Source: Conidiobolus incongruus B7586 (taxonomy: Eukaryota). From it: a stretch of DNA of 44,322 bases. The position numbers and the translations under genes are program-made. Below, piece after piece: positions 13,101-27,289 of the stretch; positions within the stretch are counted from its first letter, which is position 1; every line of letters starts with the position of its first letter. The stretch is taken from NCBI GenBank assembly GCA_000697335.1, contig JNEM01009194.1:1-44322 (forward strand), in the 5' to 3' direction. The notes under the pieces are model-generated. The model saw nothing but the letters and a program-made list of their open reading frames with translations. It searched no databases and was not told where the DNA came from.

Positions 13101-15693
13101 TTGCCTTTTTAAGAACAATCGTTGCACAATAATCTTTCGATTCATTACGTTTAGATAAAATGATCGAAAAACAGTGATAGGTATATAATTTTGAATTAAA
13201 TTATGATATATTCATCATTTAATATAAAAATTTAATTACAAATGATTTATATATTTATTATAACTATAATTAATTTTTAGATATAATCCATTTTTTGAAT
13301 TTATTAATTGACCGATTCACAAATTATCTACCAATCATTTCTTCAATTGAAGAATAAATATTTGTGGTTAGGTTAATGGTGATTATAAAGTTTGAAAGAT
13401 TTGAGCCAAGTATTTATAATTTCAACCAATCAAAGAATCTATGTATTTTATCTTATAACTTGACTATATTTTAATAAAACATTTTAAATGTAAATTTATC
13501 TGATCTATAATTGATACAGTAGTACGATCTGATCAATTTATAAATCACCCATCTCTAACTATTAATACTCCAAAAGTTTCGATTTGATCAATCTCTTCCA
13601 AATTTGGTGGTCTGAAAAAGTTTAGTATACTCTAATCACAATATTCCAAAAAGACTTTATCAATTATATATTAGTAAATTTGAATGTATTTTAAAATGAT
13701 TTATTCCTTGCAATCAAACCATAAATAGATATTAATATTCCAGTATTTTAATTCACTGAATTCACTATAAATAATTAATAATCTAAAGTGCAAAATCAGC
13801 TAACAATTCATTAAATTGATAATATTCTATACTGAATAAAATTGTCAAAGTCAAATCATTCAATCTTTCATTAAAAAAATGACATTAAGTATTGGTTTCT
13901 GGGCTTTCTTCAATTTAGATATATTAAATCCAAGCTATATTCTTTTATATGATTCTATAAAAAGAAACTAATAACCCATTTTCTATACTTAATATTTTTC
14001 TAGCATTGATCTGTCTAAGTTCATCATTGATTGGATAGCATTCAATAAAATAAAATCGTTCATTTTAGATTTTTTTACTCAATATTCAAATTTAGCAAAT
14101 TGACCTGATTTTCAAAAATCCTGTTTTTTTGATAAAAATAATTATAAAAATCTGTAAAGGTATTAAATTCGATTTAAATTTTTTTGGATAGATATAGATT
14201 TTAATATAACTAATACAATTATTAAGGATTTTTCATAATTGTTTTAATTAATTTTGCATCATTTTAATAAAAATAGATCCAACTAATATATGCACATATT
14301 TCTGTAATTCTATTATAACATTGTGTATAAATAATTATTAAATTCCATTGTATTTAAAAGGAACGATAACAACTTGCCATAAAATTGAAAACATTTTTAA
14401 GCTTAATGATAGTTTAAAGAATAATCAATTATCTCCATTCAATAGCAATGGTTTATTCGATTACATCACTGTCACAAAATTTTATTTGCCCAGAACTTAA
14501 GAATATTATACCAAATAATTTAGCTAGAAGTGGTTGCAGAAACCAAGATTGAATTAAAATTTTTATGATTTAAAATAGTTGAAAGTCTAATTTATTTAAA
14601 ATGATTTGTTTTTTTAAATCTATATGTTCTTTACTGAATATAATAATTTGAAACAATTTTATAGGTTAAACCAATTTAAATATTGATATTGACATTTTTA
14701 GTATATAATTTCAAATAAAATTACCGAATATATTATTAAATAATCACAAATTGTAAAATATTATAACTATATAGTTAATACTTGGACTTAGATGCCAAAT
14801 CCATGTTCAGTAATTTTACACTTTATATAATTCAATATTCATACTCTACTCCAAGTATTTTTATATATGTGCCGTTCCATGAGTGATGTATCCCTTAAAC
14901 AACGTTTTAAACTAGCTAGTTTGATCTGAATAAATATTAAATTGAAATATAAAAGGGAAAATATTAGATTGAATTGAACAAAAATCTTTAACATGCTTTT
15001 GATTAAATATAAATAGTATCACCTAATTAGTTCAATAAGATAAGTAATTAGCAATATTTTTTATTTTTTAATATTATTTATATTCATCAGTGAAAATGTT
15101 GAATGAACTCTAATGAATAATCAACCTTGGATACAAAATAAATTTAGTTAAATTTAATCCAATCGGGCATTTTATGGTTAAGCATGTACCCAATTCACAG
15201 AATCTCTTTTATTGAAATATATCAATAATATTTAAATTATTTATAGCTTAATAAAAAAATAAATGAATATAATTATACTTATAGTTAGGTATTGCTCAGC
15301 TGGTTTAATAAATATTTTCTAAAGAATTAATAATTTTAATAAAATCATTGATTATAGTAATTAATTTTTACAATCAGATTCTCATTAAAATAAGAATAAA
15401 AAACATTTAAAAGCAATATACATTATTAAAACATAAATCTATCAACAAAATCTAAACAATATTAATAATTTTTAGATTATCAACCTAATTCAAAACAAAA
15501 TTAAAATTAAAACTAGAATTCACTATTGAATATAAAATCTCCTCAATAAAAAGTACTCCAAAGATTTAGGAGTTTTTATAATTTATCAAAACTCGTATTG
15601 ATTAACTATAATTATGTTAGTTAGAGATGACTTGGAATATATAATTAGAATGGGGAAATATTGGTGAAGTTTTTAAATTAATTGAGGCTAGCT

Positions 15694-15990
15694 ATGAATT
15701 TCATAAATTTTTGGGTTAGTTTGGTAGCTGTTACCAATGCACTTGTTCTGGTGAAGAGGGAGGGCTTCTTAGACAATATTTTGAGTCGAGCAATCCAATT
15801 GAGCAATGACGGCTCAGAAACCAACTTCGCGACAGAAGCTGGAAATATTGCGGGATTAAGTGCTAAAACGAATATTGCTCAGTATCAGGATGAGGGTGTT
15901 ATCTTTCCTAAACAGAAGGTGAAGGATCAGTCAGAGTCCGAGATTACCAAGTTGATTAAATCGGTAGGATTGTTGCCATTCAGTAATTGA
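15694..15990 (+). CDS. Small predicted secreted protein (98 aa), unknown function
   Basis: GC-richer intronless ORF with signal-peptide-like MNFINFWVSLVAVTNA, then LVLVKR (Kex2-type dibasic site). TATATAA about 55 nt upstream. Confidence 0.7.
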   Translation: MNFINFWVSLVAVTNALVLVKREGFLDNILSRAIQLSNDGSETNFATEAGNIAGLSAKTNIAQYQDEGVIFPKQKVKDQSESEITKLIKSVGLLPFSN

Positions 15991-16093
15991 ATTTATTTAT
16001 ATTGGGTTTAATGCAATAAACATTTAATTAATATATGTTAAATAAGTTTATTTGTATTCTAATTATCTAAGTGATAAAGTATTTTTTTTATAT

Positions 16094-19000
16094 TTATGCA
16101 AAATTCAATTTATCCCTGTTTGAAGACCTCACCATGAACACTAATTCTCTTGAAAGCACCATTTCTCTGGTGTGCGGATCGCTCAAGTAATCGGTATGAC
16201 CTCTGTCAGGAATGGTCATCATAAAGTGAGCAGAAGAGTGCTCTCTCGAGATAACCGATCGAATCTTGGCAATATATTTAAGGGAATGCCAATACGGTAC
16301 AATTTGATCGTTCTCTGCAGTAATTAAAAGGGTACTGGGGAAAGGTTGAGATTTGTCGATGAGTGCAGGTAAGTTGTCGTAAGGTGCATAGGTCAGAAGG
16401 TGGCTGAGTGCTTTGGGATCGTTGGCAACGTCTCCCCATTCCTCCTTTTCCACTTGTGTCAAAGCTTGATCTTCATCCATTAGACTTGTAACGGGATCCA
16501 AGAATGGTACGCGGAATACGCAGGCCTGGAATAATTCTAATTGTTTGAAACATAATTAATTGATTGAAATAATATAGATATGAAAATAATTTCACCTGGT
16601 CTGCGGTTTACAGCAGCACCTAAATTTAGTTAAGAAATGTAAGAAATAGTCCCAAATATATGTATATACAATAAATGTTACCTAATATAACAGCACCAGC
16701 GCTCCAAGTAAATCCAATCATCTTAGTAGGAGTGGTTAATCCTGTACTATTCAAACTCTCTACAACTTCGATCAGATCATTAATGGCCTGATCACGGTTG
16801 AAAGCTCTTCCTGCTTCATACCATTTAGGACCTAATTCACCTCCGCCTCTAAACTCGAATTTAGCCAAAAATAACACTCAAAATAATGTAATAACTTACC
16901 TAACATGAGCCAAAGCAATCACGAAGCCCTTATTCAGTAAAACCATCCACTCGGGTCGATAATCCGTCTCTAAACTAACACCATAAGCACCATACACCAC
17001 CATCAAACAAGGATGACCCCTAATCAATACCAATTAATAATTAATACAAATTAAAGATATATGAAACTTACTCATCAGTAATATTCAAATTATTTTTATG
17101 AACTAGAGTGATAGGCACGCCATTCTCAGTGAACTTTCTAGTCATGACATAATCGTTATGACGTATACCTAATATCGATGAATTAATCTAATCGATAAAA
17201 TTGATAATATAATAATTACCGCTAATGAAAGGAATTCTCAAATCTGTAAATTTACCAGTGTCCAAATTGAATTTTAATTGACATCTGGGTGTGATAATGG
17301 TGGAGTAATTAAAACTTATTTCACTTGTATTGTAATCCTAGATCAACTGGTTACTATTATAATAATAACACACTATATTTAATAATATACTGGATTTTCT
17401 ATTGGTGAGACACTGGCGAGAGGATGAGGTAAATTAATTTGTTTAAGTTGTTTGGTCGTCAAATTATAGTACATAATTTTGCTGGTGGCTTTCACTTTGG
17501 TGTATAAGACAATAAAATTCTATACAAAATTATTAATATAAGTATTATGGTGTTGAACAAAAAATTTACTTTGTAAAGTTCAACATCTTGAATAATATGA
17601 TCATCGTCCAATAATTTTAATTCTCGTTTGGATTTTAATTTGTTTTCAGAACCAATACTATCGAATAGCTGAGAATCCTCTAATGTATATAATTTAAAGT
17701 TGCCTGTTTCGTTACTAAGTATGAAGAATTGATCCTAAAAGTGTATTAATGAGTGATTATATTGTAATTGAATCATAATTACATTAAAATGATCTATAAA
17801 GCATTCTACATTCTCTGTAAAAGGCTGAAGTAAGATAGGTTTGTCAGTGTTGTGTTTGTATGAAGATGGTATAGCTTGAATTTTGGATTGAGTTAAACGA
17901 TTGGAATTAATTAAAATGAATTTCTAAATAATATATAAAATAAGTTGATTATAATGTCGATTTAGAATAAAATTACTTTATCTCTAGAGATATTGATATC
18001 TAAAAAACTTTGAGTATCTTTTTCATTTAAGACAATGGTGGAAGTTTTGGTCTTCAAATTATAACACTTCAACTAGATCGAATTATTAGGTATTGATTAT
18101 AAAATAATTACGATGATTTAATAAATTACCTGATGAGGTCTTAGTTTTTTATCCATTACAGTGTAGAATAATTGATCTCCAGTTTCATTAAAAAAGAAAT
18201 TGAAGGCGTAATCCTCTATACGGAGCTAAATTGATTGGTTAATAATTATATAATATATTATGTGATTGATAAATTTTACAGTTTGGGGGTCTTTACCATG
18301 CTGAGCATTTGAGATATCTTTCACGTATAATTTGCCACAGTTATGACTATGTTCAATCATCAAAAAAGCAATGATATGATGATCATTAGCTGTGTCAATC
18401 TTTTTTAGCTTTTTATTGTTCCATTTACTTGACGAAGTATCCAATAATAATTGCTAATTGCCATGAGTTAATACTAATGATAATGTAAAATATTGAAAAA
18501 AAAATCTATTACATTATCACCTATAAATCTTCTATAAATTTTAACACCATTTTCAACATTTTCAAAATGTAATTTTGCTTCATTAAAATTAATTTTCTTT
18601 ATAAGGTTCATCTTTTGAGCTGGATATTTTATTCCTTCGTAAGAGAAGTATTTTAAATGCTTTAATGATATTAATACCATTACTAATATATGTATTGTGA
18701 TTATTTACATTATTTAGTTCGTTAAATGTAGGAATATTCATCGTCTCGATTTTAGTAGCGTGGCTAATAAATTTAAATTAATATTAAAATACTATAATTA
18801 TATAATAAATTTACTTATTCTCATATTTTCTATATTGTAAACACTAAATATACAAATTAATATCAAAATGAAATAATATTAATTTATATTTACTTCAAAT
18901 TTTTTTCTCTGTAAATGAGCAAAATCATCACTTCTTACTATATCACCGTGATAGGTAATATCATTAATTTGTCCAACAGGCGGATATGGCTTGAAATTTT

Positions 19001-19247
19001 TTCTAATCTAATTAAGTTCAAATTAATTATATACCCTATATTGATAAAATTATTGGCATACCCTGCCAAATCCTTGACCTCGTCCAATTTTGAAAAATGT
19101 TTGAACTTGGTTTATTGAGTGAGATTGTAAGTTATTAACTAGTATTTATGAGCATTAGTTAATGAGATAATAGAATATTATATAATAATTAATATTACTT
19201 AATTTTTGTGATTGAATTAGATTTATCTGTTTCAAAATTGTTATCAT
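16094..19247 (-). CDS. Peptidase S9A, oligopeptidase B / PREPL-like, multi-exon
   Basis: Spliced segments include PPVG..ITYHGDIVRSDDFAHL, VVYGAYG, AHVRGGGELGPKWYEAGR, nucleophile elbow TWSAGA, RVPFLD, EEWG, AENDQIV (Asp) and DRGH (His). The 5' end is uncertain (ATG 19247, or ATG 19533 with a 292-nt first intron). Confidence 0.88.
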
Positions 19248-19747
19248 TATTACTTAAGTTTTGGTGTAATATATTCTTAATTTTCATATTTGAATGAAGA
19301 AAATTTTATTAGACCTAAGGACGAATAAAAGCGATATTTTGCAGAATATATTGATCCGTAACTTGTGGGATCCACCCAAAGATACGGTTCCAGAGTTAAG
19401 GGTTTTGTTTGTATTGGGAGTTATTGGGGATGTAGTAATAACAGTATACTCAAGAGTGGGAGGGGATTGTAAATGGTATTATGGGGTATGGAATGGTGTT
19501 AGCAGTTTAAGGACTTACTAAGGTCCTTTTCATATTTGATGGATTCCATTAAATTTAAGTTGATATTCAAAAAATCAATATTTATGGGATTTTAATTTCA
19601 TTTTTTAAACCCGTTTTTTGATAAATTTTTAAAGTCACAAAAGGAATATGAATTAATAAAATCATTAAATATACACTATACATAAATATTTTATTAACAT
19701 TTATACAATAAAAATAACTTTTTTAAAACAAAATGGTGAACAACTAA

Positions 19748-20968
19748 TTAATTTAATGAGCATTGATTGAATTCAGTTCCCGTTCTTGCTAAAAACAATT
19801 GGTGTTTAGCTTGTATTAGTTTGATATAATCATCATTTGATTGAATGTGGTTGGGATCCCTGAAGTCGCGAAGGAGAGTGACGAGTGCTATAAGTGCACT
19901 TAGTTGAGATTCGCAGCTTGTGCAGATTGATTGTGGTGCTTGATTGGGTAATAATATAGTGATATTGGATTGAATAGGTAGTGTTAAGCTGCAGAGAGTA
20001 CATTGACCAGTTTTAGGAGCGCTGGAATTATTTAAATTGGCGTAGTCAATTTGGATGCGATTCTCAAGTAGATTGTTCATAAACTGTTTTCTATTGGACC
20101 AGATCGAATTTTCTGATCGGAATTTTAAACTTGGTTCAATGTCTTCTGCAATTGTTGCCTTCATAAAGTTGGATGTTTGGTACATTCCTTTGGAGGCAGG
20201 GGATGTGATAAATTCTTGGAATTGAGCATATTTTGGATGAGCTAGATCGGGCTTGAGAGTGCAAATTATAGGGCTGCTATCTTCAGGTAACTCTGGTGGG
20301 GTTTTAGGTTCGTCTAAAGACTCTGGGGAATTTAAGGAAATGCTCTCCAGTTGGTCTATCATAGTCTTTAATTCGGATTGTTGCTCTCTCTCCAACTCGA
20401 TGAGACTTAAGCAATCATCAATCAAAAGATTCAATCTGTCTACATTCTTCTTCATTTCAAAATTCTTCCTCCTCTCTGCTTCCACTTCGGCGTTAGCTTT
20501 TTCAAACCAGTCCTTCGAAACCAATTCTAAATTGCCTTCCAAATATGCTTTTAAATCTTTAAGCTCTTTGTTATTCTCAATTTGATCAGTCAAATTATTA
20601 TTTAAATTGGTAATTTTAGTATTTAACTCGTATTGGTTATTTAGTTTGGGCAATATAAATTTTTTATAATTATCAAATTGATCTTGAAGCTCATTATACA
20701 CCAAGTTCAAGTTTTGAGTTTGTTGCTCTTCATACTCGATCTCTTGTATGATCTGCTCTTTTTGAATTTCAACAGTTTCTAGCTGATTTTCTAAATGTGC
20801 TAATTTTAATTTTAAATTTTCATATTCATCTTCTTCGGTTGCATAGATTTCCTTAGTTTCGGTGTTATTAGTTGACTGTTGGGAAGGTTTTGGTGCACTG
20901 GCTGGATGTGTATATGTTCTTATAGGTCTAAAAGATCGGGCCAACAAAGCAGCATCTAAATGATTCAT
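19748..20968 (-). CDS. SEC2: Sec2/Rabin8-family Rab GEF
   Basis: Long coiled coil with LELVSKDWFEKANAEVEAERR (Sec2 domain), EDIEPSLKF, C-terminal CxxC...CxxC and LFLARTG. Intronless; first ATG at 20968. Confidence 0.82.
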   Translation of the reverse strand: MNHLDAALLARSFRPIRTYTHPASAPKPSQQSTNNTETKEIYATEEDEYENLKLKLAHLENQLETVEIQKEQIIQEIEYEEQQTQNLNLVYNELQDQFDNYKKFILPKLNNQYELNTKITNLNNNLTDQIENNKELKDLKAYLEGNLELVSKDWFEKANAEVEAERRKNFEMKKNVDRLNLLIDDCLSLIELEREQQSELKTMIDQLESISLNSPESLDEPKTPPELPEDSSPIICTLKPDLAHPKYAQFQEFITSPASKGMYQTSNFMKATIAEDIEPSLKFRSENSIWSNRKQFMNNLLENRIQIDYANLNNSSAPKTGQCTLCSLTLPIQSNITILLPNQAPQSICTSCESQLSALIALVTLLRDFRDPNHIQSNDDYIKLIQAKHQLFLARTGTEFNQCSLN

Positions 20969-21177
20969 TGGTATTTGATTATTAAGATACTTAAAAGAAA
21001 TACAAAACAAGAATGGATAAAAAAATTAATTGAAATGAAATTGTTAAACAGATGATTTAAAATTAAGGAGAAAATGCAATTTATCTTTATTTTCATAGAT
21101 ATTCTAATTGATCCAAATGATTTTTTATGGAATTACTAAAAATTTTATATCAATACTAATCTATCATATATGATATA

Positions 21178-21640
21178 TTAAATATATATTTGCATTTTAG
21201 CTTTGTTTAAATCTAATTGATTGAGCTGTGTATTAAGTGATTCACTTTGGTTAATTAATTTTAAATTCAATTTTAAAGCATTTAACAAATTTTCATTTAA
21301 ACTAATTTGGGCTTCATGATAATATTACATCAATTATTGTTTTTTGTTAGAAAAATATACAGACATATACTATTATCAACTATATTGAATGATAGTATAT
21401 AGCGAAATTTACTTGATTCATATTAAACTTTGATTCATAAATCATTTCGTTGATTTGATTGGAAATATTATTACTTTCATTATTTAATTCTTCAATCAAT
21501 TTAAAATCCAATTAGTATATTTTATTAATACTACTATTATTGTCATTATCAATTGATAAATCATCAGTTTGATTGATTTGTTCTTAGAGCTGATTATTCT
21601 TTATTTCCAATGTATTTATTGAAGGGAAAAATAATAAATA
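21178..21640 (-). pseudogene. Decayed coiled-coil gene, resembles the BORCS6 C-terminal helix
   Basis: LDFKLIEELNNESNNISNQINEMIYESKFNMNQ followed by a GTAAAT donor, and YYHEAQISLNENLLNALKLNLKLINQSESLNTQLNQLD; interrupted by in-frame TAA and frameshifts, no ATG found. Confidence 0.35.
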
Positions 21641-21729
21641 ATCGAATTATATTTAACAAAACGGTCACCAAAGAAAATTTATACAAATTATGACAAATTA
21701 ATTATAACATTTTTTATTATGGGATTACT

Positions 21730-24395
21730 TTAATCTGTTTCCATATAGTCAAATTTAAAATATTCTAATATCCATCGAATTTCACCTAAAAATTATATAA
21801 TATTAAAAAAATGTAAAATAATGTTATTCTATTTACACTTACTCTTGATAGTAGGATTTAAGTCAAAGTGATTTTCATTTATGATAATATTCAAATAATT
21901 TAATAAATTATTTAATTGCAATAAACTTTGATAATTCATTTTTAGTCGAAATATTAAATAAATTAAATGAATTAAAAAAGATAGCGTTTTCTTAGTTAGT
22001 ACAGAATTCAACCTATATTTAAGGTCAATTAAAGTTATAATAAATTATTATATATATACATTACTTGGTATTTTTCAACAAATGATAATTTTTAAATTCT
22101 ATTAATTTCAAACAATCTTGTATGGGCATTTGGGTAGTATTAAATAAAAAAATGACCCATTCTATTAGATTAACTAATATATCACCAGAGTTCTAATTCA
22201 AATTCAAATAATTAATTATGTACAATTTAAAAAATGTCTATTATTCTTACAAGCTCGACCATATTATACAAATATTTTGAATCATACTCGTATAATTTGA
22301 TTACTATGGAATTAAATAACTCTAAAATTTTGAAATACTTTTACATGTTGAATGAATATAATGAATTAAATAAAACTTATTAGACTTACTTGATCATTTA
22401 ATATAACATTGTTTAAACTCCATTGAATAATATTATTCATCGATTCAATAAACTGATAAACAAATCTCGTATTTTCAAATAATAATTTACAATATTCCCG
22501 ATCTATAATGATATATTAATAATTGGCTATAATAATATAATAAATATAAAATTACCCTGAATTAAATTTAATATTAACTGTAAATAAATTAAATTAAATT
22601 TCAATCCATATTCTGTTGTATTAAATTGATCACTCTTGATAAATTTGCAAATAAAAATGTATCTATAAAAGGATGAATATATTATAATTATTTCTAATAC
22701 TCATTATTAATTACCTTTGATAATACATCTTTGGAGTTTGATTTAATATATTTGTTAAAGTGTAAAAACAGATATAAAAAGGCATAAAATTGGATTTTGG
22801 ATCACGTGTACAATTATTAAAAAACTGTTCAAATAGACTTAAGATTTTATCTATCGTATCTAAAGAATGAAACTATTAATATTTATTAAAAAATATTTTA
22901 ATATTACTTACTTGGTGCAGAATTATAAAAATGAGATAAAAATGACGTAAAAGTGGTTGATAGTTTAGTAAATATGTACCATATTGGAGCACAATGTTCA
23001 TACTATTAAATAATTAGGATTTTATGATAATGTTATATATGAAAATATTAGTTTACATGATTAGTTTCAATCATTTTCTCGATTAAATTAATCATTGCTG
23101 TTAGGAATCCAGTGTATTTAAATAATATGCTAGGTAATTGATCGATTTTACTCTCTTTAGAATTCCAAGGTCGAATATCCATAACTAAAAATAACTTGTC
23201 ATTGAACTGGGTCAAATATTCATTTTCTAAAATAAAATATTAATGATGAAGGTATTTTAATAAGGTAAATTTGATTACCTGATATTGAAGAAAATAATCT
23301 TTTAATTTCTAGAATACTGGATTTGAGATAATTATTAATAATATCCTCAGTGATATCTCTTTCTTTTAAATTATCAGGAATTGTAAATTGGAGTGAACTC
23401 AAATTAGGCTATTTAGCTGTATTAGTCAATGTATTATAAAAAATTCAATTGAAAATACCTCAAGACAAGTCCTAGTAGTAGAGGGAATATACTGAATAAA
23501 GAAGACAACAACACTATCGAACCAAAGAGCGTTATCATTGGGAATATGCCGTCTAACAGTTAAACTAGTTGGCGAGACACTTTGATTGGAAATATTTTGG
23601 ATTGTACTGATAATGGCTTGAGTTGATGGAAATTCAATGCCTAAAATGATTCATTATAAATATATATATATATATATATATATAATATCAAATATTTTTT
23701 AATTACTTTCATTAGGATCAATTGAATTCATTCTTTGAGTGGAAGAAAAATTTTGTAAAGCTCTACTCGTGGCTTGGACACGGTTCTAAAGAATGAAATT
23801 AGTATTTGATAATTATACTATAGTAGATCTAGTAAAATAATTACTTCTTTCATCTGATCGAAGAAGTCATTCTTTAAAATTGATCTTTTGTCGGTAGCTT
23901 TAATTTTATTCATCAAATTCATATATACTTCGTTACGAACTTGTTTTAGTGTGATATTTTCATTTTCCAACTATGAAAATAAATATTATTAATTGTTATT
24001 AATAAACTATCAATAATATTACATTGTTTCTTTTATTTGTAATAACCGTTATTTGACCTTCTTTCTTTTGTAAATCTGATTTTAACTTTTCTATATGCGC
24101 CATTAAAGCATTAATCTGCATATCTTTCTAGAAATTGAATATTAATTTAAATAATGTATTGACTAATTTTTATAGTAAGTACATCTTCAACCTGTTGTAA
24201 TAAATCTTGATCTAAAAAATAGTTAATATATAGATATATTGTAATATATTTAATATTACTTGTCGACTCATTTCCATTTTGCTGAGATTGAAATTCCAAT
24301 TGCTGAGTTAACATTAGAGTATCCAAGTCAGGATTTATACTATTATAAAGTTCATCACCTTCTGGACCGAACTGTGAAAATATATCATCTCCCAT
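21730..24395 (-). CDS. Multi-exon coiled-coil plus helical protein, probable ATRIP/Rad26/Ddc2 homolog
   Basis: Acidic TQ/SQ-containing N-terminus, coiled coil with QKKEGQITVITNK (cf. K.GEI.I.R of ATRIP/Rad26), then Leu/Ile-rich helical exons joined by GT-AG introns, ending EIRWILEYFKFDYMETD*. The gene is clear; the family call is tentative. Confidence 0.55.
23661..23684. repeat. (TA)12 microsatellite inside an intron
   Basis: Perfect TA run read directly. Confidence 0.9.
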
Positions 24396-27289
24396 TATAT
24401 ACAATTACTTAATTAGTTGGTATTCAATTCAATTTATCTCTCTGAATCATTTTGATTATCTCATCTGATCATATTTCTGCTATTCTTTAATTTCATTGCT
24501 CTTATGGGATTAATTAATTACAATTTATGAATTCATATACTTTAAAATGTTTGCATTTATTAAATATATTTATTCATCTTATTTAGTTAAAATTGGATCA
24601 AAAGCAGATATTAATCTAACTTTTTCATACATATTTAGCGGATTAAATTAGCATATATCCAATCACTTTAATAGTCTTTACAATTTTTTAAATTCAATAT
24701 TTTATCATAATATAATGATTCAGTCAAATTGGTATTATACACAATAACAATATATACAAATGTATTACAATACATATATCCAACTCGCCTGTGACATAGG
24801 ATAAAGGATTCAATTCTCAGATGAAATGAATAATCAAACTTTACAATCTAAAATTTTAAAATTTTAGAAAATATATTTTAATTTATCACATTGATTAATT
24901 TTCATAAATAATATATTATCTTGAATAGTGAATTAATGATTTAGATTTTCTGATTTGATCAAGATCAATAAATCACAAATTAAGCTATTTACATCTCGAA
25001 TAGAAAATTTGATTAGAGTTTGTTTTTGAAAATCAGCAGAATTAAGAAAATGAAGTAGACTATAAATAGAATTTGGACAATAAACCGAGGCTGATCCAAA
25101 TGATATATCAGCTATATTAAACACATCCAAGCTGTATATTATATTAAAATTATAAATTTTAGATTATGATATATTCTGAATAAAAATGCAATATTAAGAT
25201 ATGAAAAAGGTTAAATTAAATATAAATAGATGTAACTTTTAATACCAAATGTTATTTTTATCAAAGTTTATATTTCATTAGTGAATATTGAAAATACTTT
25301 TCCAATAAAATGCTCTGAATATTAATCGAGAGGCTAACGCCACTAAACATCCAAATAGCATCTCTTCAATTTTTTTATATTTGAGACCATTAAACTCATC
25401 TAAATCTGAGGATTATTAAAATATTTTCTTCAATTATAACATTTTGTAATATGTATATTGCATTCTAGCCATATGATTATTAATAACCTCTGATGCTTTA
25501 ATAACCGCAGTTTTTATTTTGAAATTTTATTAATTATTTTAAGATTTAACCTATTATATTACGTGATCAACAATGAGCGAAGTTCAATCTTAAATAAAAG
25601 ATTATGTCACTTAATTAATAAAAATATATACCTAACATTTTATCTAAACAGTTAGTGTGTTGGTTAAAACTAAAAAATATTACAAGGTAATTTTATGAAC
25701 TTTGGTTTAATTAAATATAATAATGACTGTAATTCATTAATAATCAAAATGATAAAGTTTTATTTTTAATTATATATCACACAGATAATGATTCTAGTAA
25801 TTGAACTAAATAATTTATGCTGCTTATGTATGATTTAATATATTGTTACATAGCTTGTCATTTTTATTAAAATAGAACCTAATTTTTATTGATCATTTAA
25901 TATCCGAAGTTAACTTGTATTGTACAATTTAATATAAATTATATTTGTGGAATGTCAAAAATCATTATGTAAGGAACCATCTAATACATTTCGTAGTCAA
26001 TAAAAAGGGAATATGTTCATAATAACGCAATGACAATAAATTCAATTTCAAATAAGGATTTGAGATTGAAAACAATACAATAATATAACAATATTTCAAA
26101 ATTTCAATTATTAACAGCATATCCCATGATTCTATTATTTTAATAACAAACTAAGCCCTTGAGATTGAATGACCATGATTTTCAATTGCTTATCATCTTT
26201 TAGATCCAATTATTAATACCTGAATAAATTTAGTTTAAATATGAATGCTATCCTTTTAAATCAGTTTCAAAATATTATACCAAAATTTGATGTTTGTAAT
26301 GTAGAATAAAGTCTAGAAAATACTACGGATTTAGATTATAATATTATAAAATAATTTAAATTCGAATTATTAATGAAAACATAATTTTCGCCTTGAATTC
26401 AGTATTTATTTCCCCGGTCATAATTTTATTAATTAAAAGAATACATATATTTATCAACTGTCATAAAATTCTAAATCAGTTTTGATAAACATTTTTCAAT
26501 CTCATTACTTAAACTACTAGAATATCTTTTCGAAATCGATAATAGTGGCAAAATCCCAAGATATACACATGATAATATCGTGTAACTCAAAATTTAATAT
26601 CAGTTAACAGACTTAAATCATCTTAATTTCCTAAAAAATTATTAGATTTAACAAATATATAGATTTCGTTATTCCCAAATATAAATTATTGTTATAATTA
26701 TAAAATAATAAAATCAATAGATTAATAGATCAATATCTTGAAGTATTGATATCATTTCGATTCCTCGTAAATTAATTTGATTAGTAATTATTTAATTTTT
26801 GATGTATTTAATAATAATAGGCGCTAAACTGTAATATGAATCTTGGCAAAAAATATATGAATATTTTTCAACATCAAATCAATCATTAACTTTTGAATTA
26901 TTATTAATATTAAATGATTATTTAATAATAATTGTCTTACATATTACTTAACATAGGATTTTCGCGTAAATTTACAATTCAAGTATTAAAGTCCATTTCA
27001 TGCAATATTCGGCCTTTATTAACATACACTGACAATTAAAAGAAATTTGAGTGAATAATTCACATATAGTGATCTGAGAATCAACCTAAATTAATGATCT
27101 GCTAAGTGTTAAGTATCGACTATCACAGTTATAGAAAAGAGCATTGATGTTTAATACAATTATATTTATAAATGTATTAACTTTTAATTGTAAATCGCCT
27201 CCTGCCAAAATACCTAAACTAAAATAATCAGTGGGGTTTTGTCTGTGTCAATTTACACAAAAATCCACCTAATCAAACCAAGGAGCTAT

